DNA from: Terriglobales bacterium
Lineage (GTDB): Bacteria; Acidobacteriota; Terriglobia; Terriglobales; SCQP01
Direction of reading: 5' to 3'
Assembly (NCBI GenBank): GCA_035553115.1
Contig: DATNED010000034.1
Location: forward strand, 1 to 62,994
Length of the DNA stretch: 62,994 nucleotides
Shown here piece by piece: positions 36,899 through 46,425 of this stretch; position 1 is the first letter of the stretch, and the number at the start of each line of letters is the position of its first letter. The position numbers were made by a program, and so were the translations under genes. The notes under the pieces are model-generated. The model was not told the DNA's origin and did no database searches. It saw nothing but the letters and a program-made list of their open reading frames with translations.

Positions 36899-37985
36899 CG
36901 TGCTCGCAGCGACGGTCGGCGCGCTCGCGCTCCTGCTTGCGGGCTGTGGCGGCCCCGCCTCCGCCGCTCAGACTTCGACGGTTGTTGTTGCCGGTGGCAG
37001 CCAGGTCCGCGCGCTGGATGGTGCCACCTTGGCGACCGTGCGCAGCTGGGCGCTGGGCGATCCCGTTTCGGCGTTGCTGCCCGATCGGCGCGCGGTGGTG
37101 GCCATCACCTCCGGTCTGCGCGCCGAGCTATGGCGCCTCGATCCCGGGCAACGGGAGGCGGCGCACCGCAGATTGGGCCTGATTCCTGCCGCGGCGAAAC
37201 TCGATCCCGCCTCCGACGCGCTGTACGTCGCCGGGACCAATGCCGATGGACAGGGACTGCTTCAGGCACGCGACCGCGTCAGCGGCGCGTTGCGCTGGCA
37301 GCACGCCCTGAATGCGCCCGCGACCGCCATTGCGCTCGCGCCCGGCAACCTGTTGCTCGCGGCGACCACTTCCGGCCGCATTGAGATGTTCAGTCTGGCC
37401 GGCGCGCGCAGCGCCGGCACGTTGCAGCTCGACGCCGCCGCGCGGGAATTATTGGCGCTGCCTTACGGGCACGAGGCCTTCGCCTTGACCGATGCCCGGC
37501 TCGCGCTCTTGGACACGGCCCGTTCGGGCATCTTGGCCTACCTGCCCGTGGGCGATCATCCGCAACACATGATCTTGAAGCCCGACGGCGGCGAACTCTA
37601 CGTCAGCGATGCCGGCGGCACCGTGACCGTCCTCGACACTTCCACCGGAGAGGTATCTGCGACCTTGGCTGCCGGCCTCGGCGCGGACGCCATGGCCGTG
37701 ACGCCCGACGGCAGCTTGCTTTTTGTCGCCAATGCCTCTTCCGGCACGCTCTCCGCCACGAACCTCGCCACCCGCAAGCCGGCGGCGTTCCTGCGCCTCG
37801 GCATGCAGCCCCGTGCGCTGGCGCTTGCGCCTGGCGGCTACCTGTTTGCGGCCGATTCCGGCTCGAACGACTTGGCCGTGGTGCGCCTCGGCAGCGACGC
37901 CAACCACCCCTATGCGTTGATGACGTTGCTTCCGACCGTGCCCGCGCCCGCTCGCCTCGCCGTGCTCCCCCAGGTACGGCCATGA
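36891..37985 (+). CDS. YVTN-type beta-propeller lipoprotein
   Basis: Lipobox LLLAGC near the N-terminus. Repeated ~40-aa units of the form G..P..(M/L)A(V/L)(T/K)PDG..L(Y/F)V(S/A)....G.(V/L)(T/S).. It overlaps the pfk 3' end and shares ATGA with lptFG. Confidence 0.75.
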   Translation: MANVLAATVGALALLLAGCGGPASAAQTSTVVVAGGSQVRALDGATLATVRSWALGDPVSALLPDRRAVVAITSGLRAELWRLDPGQREAAHRRLGLIPAAAKLDPASDALYVAGTNADGQGLLQARDRVSGALRWQHALNAPATAIALAPGNLLLAATTSGRIEMFSLAGARSAGTLQLDAAARELLALPYGHEAFALTDARLALLDTARSGILAYLPVGDHPQHMILKPDGGELYVSDAGGTVTVLDTSTGEVSATLAAGLGADAMAVTPDGSLLFVANASSGTLSATNLATRKPAAFLRLGMQPRALALAPGGYLFAADSGSNDLAVVRLGSDANHPYALMTLLPTVPAPARLAVLPQVRP

Positions 37986-40246
37986 AGATCCTGCACCGCT
38001 ACATTCGCCGCGAAGTCGCAGCCAGCGCTGGCGTCGGGCTGTTGCTGTTCACCTTCGTGATCTTCATGCAGGACTTGGGCCGCGCTCTGGAAGCCGCAGT
38101 GCAGGTCAGCGGCTCTGCGCTGGGCAAGCTCGTTGCCGATGTGCTGCCTTCGGCGCTCGTCTTTACCATGCCCATGGCCCTGCTGGTGGGAGTGTTGATC
38201 GGCCTGGGACGGCTCAGTGTGGATGGCGAGCTTACCGCGATGCGGGCCAGCGGCACCAGCTCGCGCAGCCTGCTGCGCCCGATGCTCGAGTTGGCCGGCG
38301 CCGCGCTTGCGCTTTCGCTGCTGATCACCCTTTGGTGGGCGCCGACGGCACGTCAGCGCCTGAACCTGTTGACCACGCAATTGGCCAGCACCCAAATTGC
38401 GTCCTCGATCCAGCCTCGCGTCTTCTTCGAACCCGACAACAACCCGGACTGGGTGATCTACACCGGCGACGCCAACGGCACGCAGTGGCGGCAGGTGCTG
38501 GTCGCCGACATGAAGAACCGCACCACGCCCGAGCTGACGATGGCTGCGGAAGGCCGCCTCATTAGCCGCGGTCCCGGCGAAGTTCAGCTCCATTTAGCAC
38601 GCGGCGCTCAGTACCAATTGGATCCGCAGCGTCCTGGCGCCAGCATGGTGAGCGCCTTCGAAACGGTGGATATCCCGTTCTCCATGCCGGCCTCCACCGC
38701 CGGCTCAACCACGCTCTCGGCGATGCCCCTCGGCGCGCTCTGGCATCGCGCCCGCTTTGCCCCGGACTGGCGCGCAGCTCGGGTCGAGTTTCACCGCCGC
38801 TGGGCCTTGGCCTTTGCCACCCTCGCCCTGGCCATGCTGGGCATGGCGCTCGGTCTGCGTGGCGGACGCGGCGGCAAGGCCGGCGGCTTCGTGCTCACGC
38901 TCTTGCTGGTCTTGAGCTACTACCTGCTGTTCGTTCTGGGCTTGGCGTTGGCCAAGCAGGGCAACCTGCCCCCCTGGCTCGGGGCCTGGGGTGCCAACCT
39001 GATTTTCTTGGCGGCGGCGGGCTGGAGCTTGTCTTGCCTTGATCGCATTCCTGCCCGTCCCATCGCAGGCGCCGATCCTGTGGCTTGGATCCGCGCGGGC
39101 ATCAGCCAGCGGCGCGCGCACCTGCCCACCCCCGCGCTGGGCAAGCGGCGCTGGCTTCCGGCCGCGCTTGATCGCTACGTCGTGCGCGAGTTTCTCGCCT
39201 ACACCGGGCTCTTGCTGGCCGCCTTCTGGCTGCTGGTGGTGGTGTTCACGCTCTTCGAGCTGATCGGCAGCGTTCTGCAGCATCACATCGGCGTCGGTGT
39301 CGTCATTCAGTACCTCCTTTATTTCAGCCCGCAGACGCTGTACTTGATGGCCCCGCTCGCGATTCTCGCCGGGGTGATGATCACCGTCGGCCTGATGTCG
39401 AAATCCAACGAGGTTACGGCAATGAAAGCCTCGGGCATCAGCGTCTACCGCGTGTTGGCACCGATGGCGATCGCCGCCTGCGTCCTCTGCTGCCTCCAAT
39501 TCGGCTTGGACGCCACCTGGCTTCCCGGTTTCAATCAGAAGCAGGATGCCCTGCACGCCGTCATCAAAGGGCAGCCCGCGCAGACCTACCGCAATCCCGA
39601 GCACAAGTGGGTCTTCGGCCAAAGCAACGACATCTACTATTTCAGCTTTTTCGATCCCAGCCAGGCGGCTTTCGCCGATGTCTCGGTCTTCGAGTTCGAT
39701 CCGCAAAGCTTCGAGCTGACGCGCCGCATCTTCGCCCGGCAGGCCCGCTGGGACGACGGCATTCAGGGCTGGGTCTTCACCAACGGCTGGGCGCGGCAGT
39801 TCCAGGGCCCGACCTCCACTTCCTACCAGCCCTTCCTGGTCGCGAGCTTCCCGGGACTCCCCGAGTCGCCGCAGTATTTCGCCACCGATTCCCGCCAGGG
39901 CACGCAGATGTCGTTCGGCGAGCTGCACCGCTACATCGGGGCCCTGCGCGCCAGCGGCTACACCGTCGGGCGGCTCAGCATCACGCTTTGGAAGAAACTG
40001 GCCTATCCGCTCATCACCGTGGTCATGGCGCTGCTGGCGTTCCCCTTTGCCCTCACGGTCGGACGCCGCGGCACGCTGGTGGGCGTGAGCGTAGGCATCG
40101 TCGTGGCCATCGCCTACTGGAGCACCGCCAGTCTCCTCGAAGCGCTCGGCAACCTCAACCAGCTCCCCGCCCCGGTCGCGGCCTGGGCGCCGGATGCGCT
40201 CTTCTTGGGGCTGGGGCTGTACTTTCTCCTGCGCGTGCCGACCTGA
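37982..40246 (+). CDS. Fused LptF/LptG-family LPS export permease (two YjgP/YjgQ modules in one polypeptide)
   Basis: 754 aa. Module 1 starts MKILHRYIRREVAASAGVGLLLF. Module 2 starts about residue 396 (LDRYVVREFLAYTGLLLAAFW). Each module has the three-TM, periplasmic-domain, three-TM layout and is about 355 aa long. Confidence 0.85.
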   Translation: MKILHRYIRREVAASAGVGLLLFTFVIFMQDLGRALEAAVQVSGSALGKLVADVLPSALVFTMPMALLVGVLIGLGRLSVDGELTAMRASGTSSRSLLRPMLELAGAALALSLLITLWWAPTARQRLNLLTTQLASTQIASSIQPRVFFEPDNNPDWVIYTGDANGTQWRQVLVADMKNRTTPELTMAAEGRLISRGPGEVQLHLARGAQYQLDPQRPGASMVSAFETVDIPFSMPASTAGSTTLSAMPLGALWHRARFAPDWRAARVEFHRRWALAFATLALAMLGMALGLRGGRGGKAGGFVLTLLLVLSYYLLFVLGLALAKQGNLPPWLGAWGANLIFLAAAGWSLSCLDRIPARPIAGADPVAWIRAGISQRRAHLPTPALGKRRWLPAALDRYVVREFLAYTGLLLAAFWLLVVVFTLFELIGSVLQHHIGVGVVIQYLLYFSPQTLYLMAPLAILAGVMITVGLMSKSNEVTAMKASGISVYRVLAPMAIAACVLCCLQFGLDATWLPGFNQKQDALHAVIKGQPAQTYRNPEHKWVFGQSNDIYYFSFFDPSQAAFADVSVFEFDPQSFELTRRIFARQARWDDGIQGWVFTNGWARQFQGPTSTSYQPFLVASFPGLPESPQYFATDSRQGTQMSFGELHRYIGALRASGYTVGRLSITLWKKLAYPLITVVMALLAFPFALTVGRRGTLVGVSVGIVVAIAYWSTASLLEALGNLNQLPAPVAAWAPDALFLGLGLYFLLRVPT

Positions 40247-40250
40247 GCGT

Positions 40251-40943
40251 TCACCTCCGCAGGCGTGCAAGAGCCGCGAGAATCGCGGTCTCGGTGCGCA
40301 GAATGCGGGGGCCGAGCGAAACCGGCTCGAAACCGGCTGCCGCGGCGGCATCGAATTCTTCGGGCGCGAAGCCCCCTTCGGGGCCGGCCAGCAGGATTGC
40401 GGCTTCCGGAATTGCCATGAGCGCAGGTAGCCCGGAAACTTCTGACAGCATCACCCGCCGGCCGGGGGGAGGCGCAGCCAGGAATTGCGCCAACGGCTGA
40501 GGCGGCGAGATCGCGGGCACGTCGCAGCGGCGGGATTGCTCTGCGGCGCCGCGCAAGATCGCCTTCCAGCGCGCCAGGCGCTTGGGTGCGGCAGCCAGCA
40601 GCCGCGGCTCAACCCGGCGTGTTGCAATCAGCGCGATGCTCGAAACCCCGAGCTCGGTGGCTTTCTCCAGCATCCACTCCATCCGATCGAATTTGAACAG
40701 CGCCAGCCCGAGAGCCAGGGCGGGTTCAGGTTCGGGTTGCGGCAGCTCCTCCAACACCTCGAAATCCACCGCCGCCGGCGCAGCCGAAGTTATGCGCGCC
40801 AAATACACGCGCCCCTGGTGGGCAATCTCGTACTCCTGCCCCGGCTCGGCTCGCAGCACCCGCGTCAGATGCGCGGCGCCTTCGCCGCGCAAATGCGCAG
40901 TCTGGCCGTCGCAGGTGTCCACGAAGAACCGGCGCCGCGCCAT
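40251..40943 (-). CDS. rsmE: 16S rRNA (uracil1498-N3)-methyltransferase
   Basis: ATG at 40943 (MARRRFFV). It has a PUA-like N-terminus and a SPOUT C-terminus (LLAGPEGGFAPEE...LGPRILRTETA). The upstream part of ORF 40251..41633 is antisense to dnaJ. Confidence 0.9.
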   Translation of the reverse strand: MARRRFFVDTCDGQTAHLRGEGAAHLTRVLRAEPGQEYEIAHQGRVYLARITSAAPAAVDFEVLEELPQPEPEPALALGLALFKFDRMEWMLEKATELGVSSIALIATRRVEPRLLAAAPKRLARWKAILRGAAEQSRRCDVPAISPPQPLAQFLAAPPPGRRVMLSEVSGLPALMAIPEAAILLAGPEGGFAPEEFDAAAAAGFEPVSLGPRILRTETAILAALARLRR

Positions 40944-40951
40944 CGACTGCG

Positions 40952-42070
40952 TTACCCGAACAGCTCCCGCACCTTCTCGAAAATTCCTGCCTCGTGCGGC
41001 GTGTTCTGGTTCGGCATCATGCGATCGAGTTCCTGCAAGAGCTGCTTCTGCTCGCGCGTCAGTTTCTTGGGAACTTCGATCTGCACGAAGACATGCATGT
41101 CTCCCCGCCCGCGCGCGTTCACCCGCGGCGCGCCCTTGCCCCGCAGTGGCGGCAGCTCCGCTCCGCTCGCGGTGCCGGCGGGCACGGTCGCGACCTCGTC
41201 GCCCCAGGGCGTGGCCACGGTGATATTGCAGCCGAGCGCGGCCTGCGGAAACGAAATCGGGATCGAGCAGAACAGCTCGGTGCCCTTGCGTTGGAAAAAT
41301 GCATGCGCGCGCACGTGCACCAGCACATACAGATCGCCGGCCGGGCCTCCGGAGGCGCCCGCCTCGCCCTCGCCGCTCAGGCGAAGCTGCATGCCCTCTT
41401 CGATCCCTGCGGGCACGCCCACCGTGCGCTTCACCTCGCGCTGAATGCGCCCTTGGCCGCGGCACTGCGGGCAGGGGTCGCGGATAATCATCCCCGCGCC
41501 GCCGCAGGCCGAGCAGGTGCGCGCCACGCTGAAAAAGCCCTGCTGGAAGCGCACCTGTCCGCGCCCCCCGCAGGTGGTGCAGGTCGCCGGCGGCCCGCCG
41601 CCGCGGGTGCGCTTGCCATGGCAGGAATCGCACTCGGTCAGGCGCTGGAATTTGATTTCGACCTCGGCGCCGTGCAGCGACTGCTCGAAGGAAATCTCCA
41701 GGTCGTAGCGCAGGTCGTTGCCGCGCTGCGCGCCCCGGCGCGAGCGCCCGCGCCCCCCGCCGAACAGGTCGCCGAAGCCGAAGAATTCGCCGAAGATGTC
41801 GGAGAAATCGGCGAAGTGCGAGGCATCGAAGCCGCCGCCGTTACTGACCCCGGCGTGGCCGAAGCGGTCGTATTGGGCGCGCTTCTCCCCATCCGCAAGA
41901 ATGCTGTACGCCTCCGACGCCTCCTTGAACGACTCCTCCGCGTGCGCGTCGCCTTGGTTGCGGTCGGGGTGGTACTTCAGCGCCAACCTGCGGTAGGCGC
42001 TCTTGATGTCCCCGTCTCCGGCGTCGCGGGCAACGCCCAGCACCTCGTAGTAGTCGCGTTTCTCGGCCAT
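40952..42070 (-). CDS. dnaJ: Molecular chaperone DnaJ
   Basis: J domain (DYYEVLGV...YRRLALKYHPDRN), G/F region, and four CxxCxGxG zinc motifs. Confidence 0.97.
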   Translation of the reverse strand: MAEKRDYYEVLGVARDAGDGDIKSAYRRLALKYHPDRNQGDAHAEESFKEASEAYSILADGEKRAQYDRFGHAGVSNGGGFDASHFADFSDIFGEFFGFGDLFGGGRGRSRRGAQRGNDLRYDLEISFEQSLHGAEVEIKFQRLTECDSCHGKRTRGGGPPATCTTCGGRGQVRFQQGFFSVARTCSACGGAGMIIRDPCPQCRGQGRIQREVKRTVGVPAGIEEGMQLRLSGEGEAGASGGPAGDLYVLVHVRAHAFFQRKGTELFCSIPISFPQAALGCNITVATPWGDEVATVPAGTASGAELPPLRGKGAPRVNARGRGDMHVFVQIEVPKKLTREQKQLLQELDRMMPNQNTPHEAGIFEKVRELFG

Positions 42071-42100
42071 GCGGGGGAGCTTCTCGAACTGCTTTCTGTA

Positions 42101-42673
42101 TTACGCTTTCACCGGCGCTTGCGCCACTTTGACCATCGCAGGGCGGATCAACCGTCCGTGGAGTTTGTAGCCGCGCTGCAGCTCCTCCACCACCGTGCCC
42201 TCGGGCACCGCTTCGGTGGGTACCATCTCGATCGCTTCATGCAGGTGGGGATCGAATTTCTGTTCCGCCGCCTCGACCGGCTCCAGGCCGACCTTGCGCG
42301 CTGCATCCGTCAACTGCCGGTGCAGCAGCTCGACCCCCTTGCGCCAATCTGCGGCGGCGTTCTCGCCCGCCATGGCGACCGGATTCGAGTGGCGCAGCGC
42401 GCGCTCGAAGCTGTCCAGAACGGAAAGAAACGGCTTCACCGCCTCGGCGGTGGCGTGGACCCGGGCGTCCTGCACCTCGCGCACTGCGCGCTTGCGCGCA
42501 TTGTCGGCCTCCGCCAGCGTCCGCAGCAGGCGGTCCTGCAAGCCGTCGCGTTCCTCGCGCAGCTTTCGCACTTGCTCTTCAATCGCCTCGGCTGCTGCCT
42601 CTTCCGGTGGCTCCGGCGGCAGCGCGCGGTCGGGATCGGGAGCGCCTTGCAGATCGGGGTCGGCCATGCTCAT
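42101..42673 (-). CDS. grpE: Nucleotide exchange factor GrpE
   Basis: ATG at 42673 (MSMADPD). Motifs: LRTLAEADNARKR, FDPHLHEAI, GYKLHGRLIRPAMV. Confidence 0.93.
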   Translation of the reverse strand: MSMADPDLQGAPDPDRALPPEPPEEAAAEAIEEQVRKLREERDGLQDRLLRTLAEADNARKRAVREVQDARVHATAEAVKPFLSVLDSFERALRHSNPVAMAGENAAADWRKGVELLHRQLTDAARKVGLEPVEAAEQKFDPHLHEAIEMVPTEAVPEGTVVEELQRGYKLHGRLIRPAMVKVAQAPVKA

Positions 42674-43758
42674 AGGCTGCAGCTCACGCTGTTCTTGCCC
42701 TCGGCAACGCGGCCGTACAGCTCGCGCACCAGGGCCACCGCGGCAAGCGCGCGCGGATATTCCATGCACGTCGGGCCGAGAATGGCCAGCGTGCCGCGGC
42801 CGCACTGGGCCGCCACCAGCGAGCATCCAGGCAGCGCCTCGTCGTGCAGGCCGATCCGCACCCGAACCGCCGAGCATCCTGGGCCGGCATGGGCTTCGAT
42901 CCATTCGCCGCTGTCCGTCTCCGTCAACAGATGCAGCCAGCGCTCTTTTTGATTCAGGCTCTCCAGCATCGCCTCCAGCTCGCCGCTCTGCAGCACGCCC
43001 GCCAAATGGCTCGTTCCTTGGATATAAACCTGGCCCTCATCCTGCATCTCGAGCACGCCGCTGTGCGAAAGCACCACCACCCGCTTGAGCAGCTCGTCGT
43101 ACGCCGCACGCTCCTGTTCCAGCATTCGCTGCAGCTCCCGCCGGATGCCGGAAAGCGTCGAGCCCGTGAAGTGATGGGTTAGGAACCGCGCAGCGGCATC
43201 GAGTTCGGGCTGCGAATAGCTCTCCGGCACGCGGTTGACGCGCTCCCGCACTTGCCCGTCGCCCGCCACCAGGATCGCCAGCACGCGATGGTCGGTCAGT
43301 CGGAAAAATCGGATCTGCTTCAGCCCGGCATCGCGCCAGGGCAGCACCGCCACCATGCCCACGTTCCTGCTGGCCCCGGAAAGATACTCCGAGGCCCGCA
43401 TCCAAAGCGTGGTTTCGTCGTGCGCTTCCCGCATCCGGTGCTCCAGCTGCCGCGACAATAGGTCATCGGCCGGCAGCTGCGCGGTGCCGCCCCTCTGCAC
43501 CCACCAGCGCAGCGCCTTCGCCGTCGGAACCCGCCCGGCCGATACGTGCGGCTGGTCCAGGAATCCGGCCTTCTCCAGTTCGGCAAGAATATGCCGAATC
43601 GATGCCGAGCTCAGCCGTGGCGGAGCCTCGGTCTGCGCCAGGGCCAGCGATCCAACCGGATTGCCGGAGGCGACATACGCCTGAAGCAAAGCCTGCAAAA
43701 TCGCGGCTTCGCGCCCGCTCAGAACCTCCAAGTCGCCCGTTGAGGACCCATCCTGCAC
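42670..43758 (-). CDS. hrcA: Heat-inducible transcriptional repressor HrcA
   Basis: Winged-helix N-terminus (REAAILQALLQAYVASGNPVGSLAL), with the length and C-terminal region typical of HrcA. GTG start; 4-nt overlap with grpE. Confidence 0.93.
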   Translation of the reverse strand: MQDGSSTGDLEVLSGREAAILQALLQAYVASGNPVGSLALAQTEAPPRLSSASIRHILAELEKAGFLDQPHVSAGRVPTAKALRWWVQRGGTAQLPADDLLSRQLEHRMREAHDETTLWMRASEYLSGASRNVGMVAVLPWRDAGLKQIRFFRLTDHRVLAILVAGDGQVRERVNRVPESYSQPELDAAARFLTHHFTGSTLSGIRRELQRMLEQERAAYDELLKRVVVLSHSGVLEMQDEGQVYIQGTSHLAGVLQSGELEAMLESLNQKERWLHLLTETDSGEWIEAHAGPGCSAVRVRIGLHDEALPGCSLVAAQCGRGTLAILGPTCMEYPRALAAVALVRELYGRVAEGKNSVSCSL

Positions 43759-43765
43759 CCTTCAA

Positions 43766-44878
43766 TTATAGCAACTCGCTCAAGCTCTTATGCGGGCGGT
43801 TCTGCGCCGCGGCCACGGCGGCATAGGTGAGCGCGCCGCGGTGGGTGTTCACGCCGGCGCGCAGGCCCGGGTTCGTCGCCACGCCGGCGTTGAACCCCTG
43901 GTCTGCCAGTTGCCGCACGTATTGGAAGGTCGCGTTGGTCAGCGCCAGCGTCGAGGTGCGCGGGACCGCCGCCGGCATGTTCGTCACGCAGTAGTGCACG
44001 ACGTCGTGCAGCACATACGAGGGATGGGTGTGCGTGGTCGGATGCGCGGTCTCGATGCAGCCGCCCTGGTCAATCGCCACGTCCACGATCACCGCGCCCC
44101 GCTTCATCCGGGTCACCATCGCCGTCGTGACGATCTTGGGGGCGCTCGCGCCCGGTATCAGCACCGCGCCGATCACCAGATCGGCCTCGGCCACTGCCTC
44201 GCCGATCGTCGTCGGGTTGGCCGCCAGCGTCAGCACGCGCCCGCCGAACAGATCGTCCAACTGCCGCAGCCGGGTGGCGCTGCGATCGGCGATCGTCACC
44301 ACCGCGCCCGCTCCGACCGCCATCTTCGCCGAATTGGTCCCGACGATGCCGCCTCCCAGAATCAGGACCCGCGCCGGAGGCACCCCCGGCACCCCTCCCA
44401 GCAGCATGCCGCGCCCGCCGTGCCGGCGCTCGAGGTATTGCCCGCCCACCTGTACCGCCAGCCGCCCGGCGACTTCGCTCATCGGTTCCAGCAACGGCAA
44501 TCCTCCGCCGCTCCCTTCGACCGTCTCGTAGCCGATCGCCGTGACCTCGTGCTGCAGCAGCTCTTCGGTCAACTCCGGAAGCGGCGCAAGGTGCAAATAC
44601 GTGAACAACACCAATCCGGGACGGAAGAAGCGGTACTCGGGCTCGATCGGCTCCTTCACCTTGCAGATCATCTCCGCCCGGCCCCAAAGCTCCTTGGCCG
44701 TGGCCACCAGCTCGGCGCCATGGCGGACGTATTCGGCGTCGTCGAAATAGGAGTTGTGGCCGGCGCTGTTCTCGATCAGCACCGTGTGTCCCAGGCTGAC
44801 CAGCTCGCCAACGCCGGCCGGAACCAGTCCAACTCGGGTTTCGTGATCTTTCAATTCGCGCGGAACGCCAATGATCAT
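43766..44878 (-). CDS. ald: Alanine dehydrogenase
   Basis: ATG at 44878 ([20 protein letters not shown]). Rossmann motif [14 protein letters not shown]. 370 aa. Confidence 0.95.
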   Translation of the reverse strand: MIIGVPRELKDHETRVGLVPAGVGELVSLGHTVLIENSAGHNSYFDDAEYVRHGAELVATAKELWGRAEMICKVKEPIEPEYRFFRPGLVLFTYLHLAPLPELTEELLQHEVTAIGYETVEGSGGGLPLLEPMSEVAGRLAVQVGGQYLERRHGGRGMLLGGVPGVPPARVLILGGGIVGTNSAKMAVGAGAVVTIADRSATRLRQLDDLFGGRVLTLAANPTTIGEAVAEADLVIGAVLIPGASAPKIVTTAMVTRMKRGAVIVDVAIDQGGCIETAHPTTHTHPSYVLHDVVHYCVTNMPAAVPRTSTLALTNATFQYVRQLADQGFNAGVATNPGLRAGVNTHRGALTYAAVAAAQNRPHKSLSELL

Positions 44879-44888
44879 AGGAAGGCTC

Positions 44889-46376
44889 TCAGTCGATTTG
44901 CGCGCGCTGCAGCCGGCCGCTGAAATCCACATACAGCGTCTTCCATTCGCTGTAGACGTCGAGCGTGGCCATGCCGCTCTCGCGGTGTCCGTTGCCGGTG
45001 TTGCGCACCCCGCCGAACGGGAGATGCACTTCGGCCCCGATCGTGGGCGCGTTGATGTAGACGATGCCGCTGTCGAGATCGCGCAAGCCGCGGAACGCGG
45101 CGTGCACGTTGGCCGTGTACAGCGACGACGAAAGCCCGTAGGCCACGCCGTTGGCCATGGCAATGGCGTCCTCCAAACCATCGCAGGCGAGCACCGAAAC
45201 CACCGGGCCGAAGATCTCTTCCTGCGCGATGCGCATCGTGGGCTGCACCTCGGCGAAGATGGTCGGCTCCAGGAAGAAGCCCTGCGCCAGAGCGCCGTCA
45301 GTGCGCCGCTCGCCGCCCAGAACCAGCTTGGCCCCCTCCTGCTTACCGATTGTGATGTATTCTTCGATGCGCTTCAGCTGCTTGGCGTTGACCACCGGTC
45401 CCACTTGCGCTTGCGCATCCAAGCCGTTGCCGAGGCGGAGCTTTCGCGCCCGCCCAATCAGCATCTCGAGAAACCGCTGATGGATCCCGCGCTGAAGGAT
45501 CAGCCGGCTGGCTGCCGTGCAGCGCTGCCCGCTGGTGCCGAAGGCCCCCCAAAGGCAGCCCTCGAGCGCCAGTTCGAGATCGGCATCGTCCAGAACGATG
45601 ATCGCGTTCTTGCCCCCCATCTCCAGATTGCAGTGCTTGAACGCGGCGGCCGCGCGCTGCCCCACTTCCCTTCCCACCGCCGTTGAGCCGGTGAAGCTCA
45701 CGATGCGGCTGCGGCGGTCCTCGACCAGCGCCGCGCCGACCTCGCTTCCGCGTCCGTAGACGAGGTTCACCACCCCCGGCGGCAGGCCGGCGTCGTGCAG
45801 CGTCTGCACGAAGTTCAGCGCCGAAAGCGGCGTGTCTTCCGCGGGCTTGAGCACAGCGGTGTTGCCGCAAAGCAGGCACGGCGCCAGCTTCCAGCTCGGA
45901 ATCGCCATCGGGAAATTCCAGGGCGTGACCAGCGCCGCCACCCCCAGCGGCACCCGCGTGGTCATGCAGACTTTGTTGGCCAGCTCCGACGGCGTGGTCT
46001 GGCCATACAGGCGTCGCCCCTCGCCCGCCATGAAGTACAGCATGTCAATCGCTTCTTGCACGTCGCCGCGGGCCTCGACCAGAACCTTGCCCATCTCGCG
46101 CGTCATTGTCGCCGCGTACTCCTCCTTGCGGGCGACCAGCAGCTCCGCCGCGCGATAGAGAATTTCCGCCCGGCGCGGGGCTGGCGTCGCCCGCCAGGAC
46201 GGGTACGCGGCCGCGGCCGCGGCCAGCGCCGTGTCGGCGTCGGTGTCGTTCGACGCCGGATAGACGGCCACCAATTCGCGCTGGTCGGCTGGATTGTGGC
46301 GCTCGAGATATTGCCCCGACCGCGGCGGCGTGCTCTTGCCCGCGATCAGATTTTGCAGGGAAACGGCCTCAGGCAT
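44889..46376 (-). CDS. NAD(P)-dependent aldehyde dehydrogenase family protein
   Basis: ATG at 46376. Motifs: VTPWNFP, catalytic LEMGGKN, GQRCTA, EEIFGPV. Confidence 0.9.
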   Translation of the reverse strand: MPEAVSLQNLIAGKSTPPRSGQYLERHNPADQRELVAVYPASNDTDADTALAAAAAAYPSWRATPAPRRAEILYRAAELLVARKEEYAATMTREMGKVLVEARGDVQEAIDMLYFMAGEGRRLYGQTTPSELANKVCMTTRVPLGVAALVTPWNFPMAIPSWKLAPCLLCGNTAVLKPAEDTPLSALNFVQTLHDAGLPPGVVNLVYGRGSEVGAALVEDRRSRIVSFTGSTAVGREVGQRAAAAFKHCNLEMGGKNAIIVLDDADLELALEGCLWGAFGTSGQRCTAASRLILQRGIHQRFLEMLIGRARKLRLGNGLDAQAQVGPVVNAKQLKRIEEYITIGKQEGAKLVLGGERRTDGALAQGFFLEPTIFAEVQPTMRIAQEEIFGPVVSVLACDGLEDAIAMANGVAYGLSSSLYTANVHAAFRGLRDLDSGIVYINAPTIGAEVHLPFGGVRNTGNGHRESGMATLDVYSEWKTLYVDFSGRLQRAQID

Positions 46377-46425
46377 GCGTCTCCAAGTGTACCGCCCCTC
46401 GCGCGTTGCTATTCTGGGGAACGTC

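Noticed and set aside
38705-42952. Long ORFs 38705..40351 (-) and 40994..42952 (+)
   Set aside because: They are antisense to lptFG and to dnaJ/grpE respectively. Their translations are low complexity.
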